Shown piece after piece: positions 57,705 to 64,000 of a stretch of 64,000 nucleotides of DNA. The stretch spans positions 67,713-131,712 of the forward strand of contig CAKQLP010000004.1 of the NCBI GenBank assembly GCA_934254675.1, in the 5' to 3' direction. Position 1 is the first letter of the stretch; each line of letters starts with the position of its first letter. The stretch is from an uncultured Alphaproteobacteria bacterium. Lineage in GTDB: Bacteria > Pseudomonadota > Alphaproteobacteria > RF32 > CAG-239. The translations under genes and the position numbers were made by a program. A model generated the notes under the pieces. It had not been told where the DNA came from, made no database searches, and worked only from the letters and a program-made list of their open reading frames with translations.

Positions 57705-59579
57705 ATGGCAGAAGTAGATGAAGGCACAAAAATTAATTTTTTGGGCGGGAATAATGAGTCTAGAATTGGCGGTAACAGTTTATTGATTGAACACGCTGAA
57801 AAAGGTGAAGGCAATAAGCGCATTATGATTGATTTGGGAGCGTTATTTCCTCCAGAATGGACAGATTTAGATTCTGTTATTCCGGATGTGCGCCCGTATT
57901 TGGACTATAAGGATAAACCGGCTGAAAAACCTATTGAAGCATTGTTTATTTCACATTGTCACGAAGATCATATAGGCGGTTTGGTACATTTGGCAAGAGC
58001 CGGTTTTAAAATGCCGAAGATATATGCAAGCAATTACACGAAACAATTGCTTAAAACCGCTTTTCATGAAGGCAAAGTGCCTTTGGCAAACCAGCCGGAA
58101 GTAGAGGCTATTGCAGCCGGTCAAACAATAGATGTTGCTGATAACATCCATGTTACACCGTTTAATGTTTCGCACTCCACGGTTGGTGCAATGGGATTTC
58201 ATGTTTTGACAACTGTTCGAGGAAGAGTAAGCGCAGGAATTGTTGACCCAGGCGACTATCGTTTAGGCGAATCTAAAGTTGGACCGGGGTTTGACGAAAA
58301 AGAATTTGTTGAATTTTTAAAAGATAAGCCAATCACGCACGTTTTGTTGGATTCTACATCCAGCGACAGTTCTGATGAGTATTTGGTTGATTTTAATCAG
58401 GCTGTTGCCAATACGTTGGAACAGGTAAATAAACATCCGGAAAAGCAAGTTATTTCCGCGGTTATTTCTCGTAGTATTCAAAATTTGGCAATTGATTTGG
58501 AAACCGCAAAACAATCAGATAGAAAAGTGTTTATTGATGGTTATTGGGCAAAACTTGCTTTTATTGCAATGCAACGTAGTGGTTTGCACGATTATGATGA
58601 CGTCGTGTTTAAAAGTGATGATTTAAAACACGCAGAAGCATCTTCATTTTTAAGCCAATATCCTAGAAATAAACGCTATATTATTCCAAGCGGTGCTTTT
58701 GCCGAATCTAAGAAAGGTATGAAATCCGGTTTGTATAAAATGTCGGAACAGCAAAAAGTATCTCTTGATAAAAATGGCAAAGTAAAAAGTAAAAGCAAAG
58801 GAGAGGGCGGACATCCTGACTTTACAGTGGATAAATTAACGTTAATTTTGGCTCGTCAACGTTGTATTGAAGCGATTAACGGAAAACAAGTTCGCGCTAT
58901 GTATAATCGTTTGGCGGCTTTGGGCGCAACAATTATTGAAAACAAATCCGGAAACAATACCGGTAAATTTGATACAGCTCTAATGCAACGCACCGGTCAC
59001 GCTGTTCGTTCGGAAACGAAAAAATTTATTGAATTGATTTTGAATAATCGAAAAAATAAAAGTAAACTTGTTTTTATTCCGATTCATGGCGATGTTCAGC
59101 AGTTGACCAATACAACAAAAGCCATTCGGGAAGCAGGCGGAGAGCCATCTATCTGCTTTAATGCCGATGAAATAAAAGTCTGGGCAGGCGGTACGAAAAA
59201 ATTGGAACAAAAACCGATAGAAGATCAACGTTGGATTGCTGTTCAAGTTGAATTTTTGGGCGGTTATGGTTACAGCAGTGCAAACCAATATAATTACACA
59301 ATTGTTGATCATAACTTTGCTAAAAAAGAAGATTTATTGGTTATTCATGATGAAAATGAACCGATTGAACGGAGAGATTATGTTCAGAAGGCATTGAAAA
59401 AGGCTCGTGAGGATGAAGATAATTTTTATGTTCCTTCTCGTCGAGAAGTTCGCGCTGAAAAAGAAAAAATTTCTCGCCGCAAGAAAAAAGAACTTTTAAT
59501 GCGTCAAATGGCAAAAGAAGCCGGACTTGATGAAAAAAGTTTTTCGTTTAAAATGAAACGCGGTAAAGGCGGTAGATAA
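57705..59579 (+). CDS. rnj: Ribonuclease J-like metallo-beta-lactamase/beta-CASP RNase with a Lys-rich C-terminal tail.
   Basis: HxHxDH motif (FISHCHEDHIGGL) and MBL plus beta-CASP architecture. GGAGA SD. Confidence 0.7.
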   Translation: MAEVDEGTKINFLGGNNESRIGGNSLLIEHAEKGEGNKRIMIDLGALFPPEWTDLDSVIPDVRPYLDYKDKPAEKPIEALFISHCHEDHIGGLVHLARAGFKMPKIYASNYTKQLLKTAFHEGKVPLANQPEVEAIAAGQTIDVADNIHVTPFNVSHSTVGAMGFHVLTTVRGRVSAGIVDPGDYRLGESKVGPGFDEKEFVEFLKDKPITHVLLDSTSSDSSDEYLVDFNQAVANTLEQVNKHPEKQVISAVISRSIQNLAIDLETAKQSDRKVFIDGYWAKLAFIAMQRSGLHDYDDVVFKSDDLKHAEASSFLSQYPRNKRYIIPSGAFAESKKGMKSGLYKMSEQQKVSLDKNGKVKSKSKGEGGHPDFTVDKLTLILARQRCIEAINGKQVRAMYNRLAALGATIIENKSGNNTGKFDTALMQRTGHAVRSETKKFIELILNNRKNKSKLVFIPIHGDVQQLTNTTKAIREAGGEPSICFNADEIKVWAGGTKKLEQKPIEDQRWIAVQVEFLGGYGYSSANQYNYTIVDHNFAKKEDLLVIHDENEPIERRDYVQKALKKAREDEDNFYVPSRREVRAEKEKISRRKKKELLMRQMAKEAGLDEKSFSFKMKRGKGGR

Positions 59580-59677
59580 GTCTTTTTACATAACGTGTTA
59601 TTATCTCTCTTAACTCTTGTCTTTTATATCAGAATGTTATATGTGTAAAACAAAAGAGTTGAGGGAGATTTTTTATT

Positions 59678-60478
59678 ATGGTTCGCACAAATAAAAATGG
59701 TATAAAAATTTATACTGAAGAAGACTTTGCCGGTATGCGTAAAGCCGGACAAGTGGCTGCCGAATGTTTGGATTATATTGCCGATTATGTAAAAGTCGGG
59801 GTTTCTACCGGCGAACTTGATGATTTATGTAACGAATTTATGAAAAGCAAGGGCGCGGTTTCGGCTTGTATCGGCTATCACGGTTATCCGAAGGCAACTT
59901 GTATTTCCATCAATCAGGTTATTTGTCACGGAATTCCGGATTATGAACGTAAATTGGCGGACGGAGATATTTTAAATATTGATGTGACCACTATTGTCGA
60001 TGGTTATTTTGGAGACACCAGCCGTATGTATTTTGCCGGCAAACCGAAAGTTAAAGGCAAACGCTTATGCGATGTGACATACGAATGTATGATGCGCGGC
60101 ATAGAAGTGGTTAAACCGGGGGCGCATTTTGGCGATATTGGCGCGGTTATTGAAGAATACGCGCACAAATATGGTTATTCGGTGGTTGATATGTTTTGCG
60201 GCCATGGGGTAGGTAAAGTTTTTCACGACGAGCCGAATGTTATGCATTGCGGCGTGAAAGGTACCGGTCCGATTATGGAAGAAGGTATGATTTTTACCAT
60301 TGAACCGATGATTAATATGGGCAAAAAAGACGGCGTTATTCTTTCGAACGGATGGACGGCCGTGACTTGTGATCACGCGTGGTCGGCTCAATTTGAACAT
60401 TCTTTGGGGGTAACTAAGGACGGTTATGAAATCTTTACTTATTCTCCGAAAGGAATGGATAAACCACCATATAAATAA
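59678..60478 (+). CDS. map: Methionine aminopeptidase, type I.
   Basis: Metal ligands D...D...H...E...E in pita-bread fold motifs (ICHGIP, DGYFGDTSRM, GHGVGKVFHDEP, EPMIN). Confidence 0.9.
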   Translation: MVRTNKNGIKIYTEEDFAGMRKAGQVAAECLDYIADYVKVGVSTGELDDLCNEFMKSKGAVSACIGYHGYPKATCISINQVICHGIPDYERKLADGDILNIDVTTIVDGYFGDTSRMYFAGKPKVKGKRLCDVTYECMMRGIEVVKPGAHFGDIGAVIEEYAHKYGYSVVDMFCGHGVGKVFHDEPNVMHCGVKGTGPIMEEGMIFTIEPMINMGKKDGVILSNGWTAVTCDHAWSAQFEHSLGVTKDGYEIFTYSPKGMDKPPYK

Positions 60479-60487
60479 AGGTGTTGA

Positions 60488-61204
60488 ATGACGGACGATA
60501 AACAGGAAAAGCCTTTATATTTGGGGCATCGTGAACGATTGCGCGCCAGATTTTTGGTGGACGAGGGCGCAAGTATGCCGGATTATGAAGTTTTGGAATT
60601 GCTTTTGACAATGTCTATTCCAAGACGAGATGTAAAGCCTTTGGCAAAAAAGTTAATAGCTAAATATGGCGATATCGGCGGTGTGTTGCACGCTCCGGCT
60701 CACGAGTTGATAGATGTGTGCGGATTGAGTGTGAATACATTGGCGTTGCTGAAAGTGGTGGCAACGTGTGCTTTGCGTTCGTCAAGTGCTTGTTTTTCTG
60801 ATAGCGATGAACCGATTATTGCTTATTGGGACCAATTTGAGGATTATTGCCGCCAACTGATGGCATATAAAGAGGTTGAAGAGTTTCGAGTGTTCTTTTT
60901 TGATGATGTGTTGCATTATAAAGGCAGTAAGCTGATGAATACCGGAACAGTAAACAAAACAATGGCACATCCGCGGGAAATTATTAAGGCGGCTCTTGAT
61001 AACAAGGCGGTGATTATTGTTTTGGCGCACAATCATCCGTCGGGTGAGTGTAAACCGTCAATGGCCGATAAACAGCTGACGAAAGAAATCAGTATGGTTG
61101 CCGAGGCAATGGATATAGAAGTTTATGACCACTTGATTGTGACCAGAAATGAAATTTTCAGTTTTCGAAATTCCGGCTTAATTTTACCGAAAATGAGAAA
61201 ATAA
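60488..61204 (+). CDS. radC: RadC-family JAB-domain protein.
   Basis: JAMM motif LAHNHPSGECKPSMAD and an HhH N-terminus. Confidence 0.8.
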   Translation: MTDDKQEKPLYLGHRERLRARFLVDEGASMPDYEVLELLLTMSIPRRDVKPLAKKLIAKYGDIGGVLHAPAHELIDVCGLSVNTLALLKVVATCALRSSSACFSDSDEPIIAYWDQFEDYCRQLMAYKEVEEFRVFFFDDVLHYKGSKLMNTGTVNKTMAHPREIIKAALDNKAVIIVLAHNHPSGECKPSMADKQLTKEISMVAEAMDIEVYDHLIVTRNEIFSFRNSGLILPKMRK

Positions 61205-61258
61205 TAAAAAAATGCTTGCATTGTGAAAAAATATGTTGTATTAACTTGAATCGGTCAG

Positions 61259-61335
61259 CGGGGCATAGCTCAGCCTGGTAGAGCGCTTGGTTTGGGACCA
61301 AGATGTCGCGTGTTCGAATCTCGTTGCCCCGACCA
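61259..61335 (+). tRNA. tRNA-Pro (anticodon UGG), with a C1:G72 pair and the CCA encoded.
   Basis: Acceptor CGGGGCA/TGCCCCG, D-arm GCTC-AGCCTGGTA-GAGC, anticodon stem CTTGG, loop TTTGGGA, then CCAAG, T-loop TTCGAAT, and A-CCA. C1:G72 is typical of bacterial tRNA-Pro. Confidence 0.8.
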
Positions 61336-62835
61336 CATAAGACGATGACCTCTAGAGAGGATGTTCTCTAGAGGTTTTCTTATTGAAAATAAAGGATTTT
61401 TTCCATCTAAAAATAAGTTCGAATAGAGTAAATTTAAAATCTTGCGTTTTTCATCAGAATTCGAACTTTCATAAATGTCAGGTATCTTAGAAATGAGGAT
61501 TAGCAAGTCTTTCAAGCTGTTTAACCCTTGTTTGGTTATCTCATTGTAATGTATTAATTTATTGCTGATATTCTCTATTCTTTTGTTAATGTCTATATAT
61601 TTTTTATTATATTGTTCCAGTGTAATACTATTATTGAGTTTCAAGTCAAGCAAGGCATCTAAGCTATTTCCCAACTGGGTTTTTTGACTTTTCAAAATTC
61701 GTCTTTCTTCGGTTTCAATTTTATGCTTTTCCTTAACTTCTTTTTGAATTGCTACCAAGGATTTTTCTAGCCATTCTTTAGGCACTTTTTTAAGCCTACA
61801 TAGGTCATCTTTAATTTTAGCGTCAACTATATTTTCGTTAATGCGAGTGCCTTTACAATGAGGGCAAAACAGATATTTGTGCACCCGTCCGTTAGGCTTA
61901 ATCTTGACATCTGGAGTAATTAAGCCTCCGCAATTTTTGCAATGGATAAGCCCGCGATACAGGTCATCAACTTTTCTTTTTCTATGAGAAGACCTCCCAA
62001 GGAGGAGGTCTTGACATTTTTCAAAAAGTTCTTTGCTTATAAGCTTTGCGTAATTGTGCGGATAAAGCTGACCGTAACATCGCATATAGCCGTAGTAGAA
62101 AGGATTTTTGAGCATTCGTATAATTGTTTGCTTATGTGCTTTGTTGCCGCGTATTGTTTTAAATCCCAACTCTTCTGCCATACGGGTTAAGTCAGCCAAT
62201 GAGTAAATTCCAGTTGCGTATTCTTGGAAAAGCTTTCTGACAATCGGTCCCATTATAGGGTCAATAATAATGGTAGTTTGGTGCCGGTTGGTTCGCTGAT
62301 TAAGATATCCAACTGGAGCTGTGTGGAAGTATTCACCCTTGCTTGGCATTTCCCGCATTCCGCGCTTAACATTATCCGACAAATTCCTAACACATCCCTC
62401 TGCTAATAGAATATTCATATGGTACATTAGAAATTCATGTCCGCTTGAATTTTTGCTGATAATTTCACCTTCAGTTACAAAATGCAGCTGTGTACTGTGG
62501 TTATCAACCAAATCCATAATGAAACTGTATTCCTTAAAACCTCTTTGAAGGCGGTCAACCTTATCACAAATTATGGCAATAGGCGTTTTTTGTTTTTTTA
62601 CAAATTCCAGCATTTCAAAGAATGTTTTGCGAGCTCCTCGGGTTGAACTTTCGGCAGGTGTATAGGTGGTAATAATGGGGATATTTTTGTTCTTACAATA
62701 TTGTTGTATGCGGTGAAGTTGTCCACCTATTGAATACCCATCTTGTTGTTCTCTCGTTGATACCCGTGCAAATGCGACAGCTTTTAAGTTTGAATTTTGG
62801 TTCATATCTTTGTCTTTTATTAAATAATTTGTCAT
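61270..62835 (-). CDS. Large serine recombinase (resolvase catalytic domain, recombinase domain and zinc ribbon). Its last roughly 22 codons are antisense to tRNA-Pro.
   Basis: Catalytic AFARVSTREQQDGYSIGGQ (Ser nucleophile), then the DKVDRLQRG...recombinase domain...CKNCGG...CPHCKG zinc ribbon. The tail WSGQRDSNTRHLGPKPSALPG is the reverse complement of the tRNA read from its CCA end. Confidence 0.8.
   Translation of the reverse strand: MTNYLIKDKDMNQNSNLKAVAFARVSTREQQDGYSIGGQLHRIQQYCKNKNIPIITTYTPAESSTRGARKTFFEMLEFVKKQKTPIAIICDKVDRLQRGFKEYSFIMDLVDNHSTQLHFVTEGEIISKNSSGHEFLMYHMNILLAEGCVRNLSDNVKRGMREMPSKGEYFHTAPVGYLNQRTNRHQTTIIIDPIMGPIVRKLFQEYATGIYSLADLTRMAEELGFKTIRGNKAHKQTIIRMLKNPFYYGYMRCYGQLYPHNYAKLISKELFEKCQDLLLGRSSHRKRKVDDLYRGLIHCKNCGGLITPDVKIKPNGRVHKYLFCPHCKGTRINENIVDAKIKDDLCRLKKVPKEWLEKSLVAIQKEVKEKHKIETEERRILKSQKTQLGNSLDALLDLKLNNSITLEQYNKKYIDINKRIENISNKLIHYNEITKQGLNSLKDLLILISKIPDIYESSNSDEKRKILNLLYSNLFLDGKNPLFSIRKPLENILSRGHRLMWSGQRDSNTRHLGPKPSALPG
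61348..61380 (+). terminator. Rho-independent terminator after tRNA-Pro.
   Basis: CCTCTAGAG-AGGATGTT-CTCTAGAGG followed by TTTTCT. Confidence 0.7.
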
Positions 62836-62838
62836 TTT

Positions 62839-64000
62839 TTAATCCTTTATATTAAATTCAGTTTGCGAATTCTCAAGAACATTTTGAGGAAGGTCTCGAG
62901 CAGTCTCTTTTTCCTCTAAAGTTTTTTGTTGGTAATTTTCCTCTGTTGGTAAAACAATAACTTCGTCTTTAACAATGCTTCTGCCAATATCGCCAAAAAT
63001 CTTGATTAACGTCCGGTCATCAGGACTGTAATTTCTAACAATATTGAAGAGTTTTAATGAGGTGACATTTTTACCAATCAACTTTCTGGCGTACGAAGCC
63101 CCGCAGTCATCAATAAGTTTTAACATACCTAGGAACTCAATTTTCTTTTTAAGTTTCATATTTCCTAGGTTTGCCATAATGTTTTCGCTGTTATCGTTCA
63201 AAGCATAGATAGAACGTCCAGCTTCACATATTTTTTTCCAATAATGAGCGTTCAGCCGACGAGAGATTTCACTGCTAAACACATCTCGGAGTGTTATGAT
63301 ATGACCTTCATCAAAGGTGATGCCTACTTCCGCCAATTTTTGCCGGATAACTTTTGAAGTGTTGAGCCGTACCTCAAGCCGAAGTACTTGCAAGTTGCCA
63401 AGTTTATTGATGTCAATATTTTGAAAACTTCGGTGTGCTTCATCGTCAACGCATCTCTTGGGAGAAAAACGCATTTGTTGAATGTCAGCTATTTTGTCAT
63501 AAACGGCAATTTCGTATTCATTATAATGAAATCTAGCGCAATGACCGCCATTAAGGTAGTCCGTATGTCCGCTGCTGGAGCGAGCACCAAAATAAATTTT
63601 AGAAACATTGCTGACAATCATTTGTGTTGCAAGTCCTCTAGGCAAAATGATGTTTTTGCAAGAGTGAAATCTGACTATCGGTGCGTCGGCTAAAATTTTA
63701 GGACTGACACTGATTCCCATTTCAATCAAAACCTTTTGTAATTTTAACACTGACTGTTTGAAATCTTGGTCACAAACTTCTTGCAGGTTGTTTCCGTACA
63801 ATAATTTGGGAATTGAAACGTCTATCTGCAAATAGACATTTCTTCCGCCGTGCTGCATTCCGTTAATGAGTAGCAGTTTTGGTTTGTAGTGGCTTAGACG
63901 CTTATCTTCAGCAGTCATACCTTGGTATGCGGTGGCTATTCCACGTCCGTAGTAACTCAGAACTTTGTTAACCGGTGAGTCAAACTTGTCTTCAATGATT
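62839..64000 (-). CDS. Hypothetical protein of the recombinase-linked element. The ORF stays open upstream of the listed Met to the window edge.
   Basis: 359 aa from the first Met. The same frame continues without a stop through 63919-64000 (...IIEDKFDSPVNKVLSYYGRGIATAYQG-MTAED...). Confidence 0.4.
   Translation of the reverse strand, partial: IIEDKFDSPVNKVLSYYGRGIATAYQGMTAEDKRLSHYKPKLLLINGMQHGGRNVYLQIDVSIPKLLYGNNLQEVCDQDFKQSVLKLQKVLIEMGISVSPKILADAPIVRFHSCKNIILPRGLATQMIVSNVSKIYFGARSSSGHTDYLNGGHCARFHYNEYEIAVYDKIADIQQMRFSPKRCVDDEAHRSFQNIDINKLGNLQVLRLEVRLNTSKVIRQKLAEVGITFDEGHIITLRDVFSSEISRRLNAHYWKKICEAGRSIYALNDNSENIMANLGNMKLKKKIEFLGMLKLIDDCGASYARKLIGKNVTSLKLFNIVRNYSPDDRTLIKIFGDIGRSIVKDEVIVLPTEENYQQKTLEEKETARDLPQNVLENSQTEFNIKD

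Larger units (their letters stand above)
61259..64000. mobile_element. Putative integrative element inserted at or next to tRNA-Pro. It extends beyond the window.
   Basis: Serine-recombinase gene abutting and overlapping the tRNA 3-prime end, followed by hypothetical genes on the same strand. Confidence 0.4.

Overview
This is a low-GC (about one-third GC by eye) bacterial chromosomal segment. Gene content and local synteny point to an alphaproteobacterium: secB next to a Tim44-like gene, then mltA and smr; coaE-dnaQ; psd-pssA; ATP12, CarD/CdnL, TspO and ppdK. A host-associated Rickettsiales- or Holosporales-like lineage is my inference. The housekeeping backbone is mnmE (partial), typA, trkA, dusB, rho, ppdK, carD, trmL, secB, mltA, asd-like, eptA-like, alaS, rnj, map, radC, rarA, rluC, dnaQ and coaE. 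Four tRNA genes are present: Thr-GGU, Leu-UAA, Thr-CGU and Pro-UGG. A truncated 5-prime half copy of tRNA-Thr also lies upstream of the intact gene. Several accessory or unusual regions are interleaved with this backbone. (1) A roughly 14.5 kb island lies between tRNA-Thr and tRNA-Leu. It encodes lipoproteins, a Fic protein whose catalytic His is replaced by Tyr, a GT2 plus GT-C (PMT/ArnT-like) glycosyltransferase pair flanking a secreted EF-hand protein, an FAD oxidoreductase, a CGCGCG mini-peptide co-transcribed with Hsp20, and a 1.66-kaa autotransporter. (2) A dispersed palindromic repeat family has three copies, two inverted and 23.5 kb apart. Each copy sits immediately upstream of a paralogous gene (one decayed) that encodes a type IV pilin/pseudopilin-like class III signal, G|RSMIEML. 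(3) A DnaA-box cluster lies in the AT-rich coaE|rho intergenic region and is a candidate oriC. (4) Two paralogous HExxH proteins have basic C-termini and are candidate effectors. (5) An Asd homolog lacks the catalytic Cys and His. (6) A promoter-to-terminator small-RNA candidate sits downstream of rho. (7) A large-serine-recombinase element abuts tRNA-Pro, and its ORF reads antisense through the tRNA. No CRISPR array, rRNA or obvious restriction-modification genes are visible.
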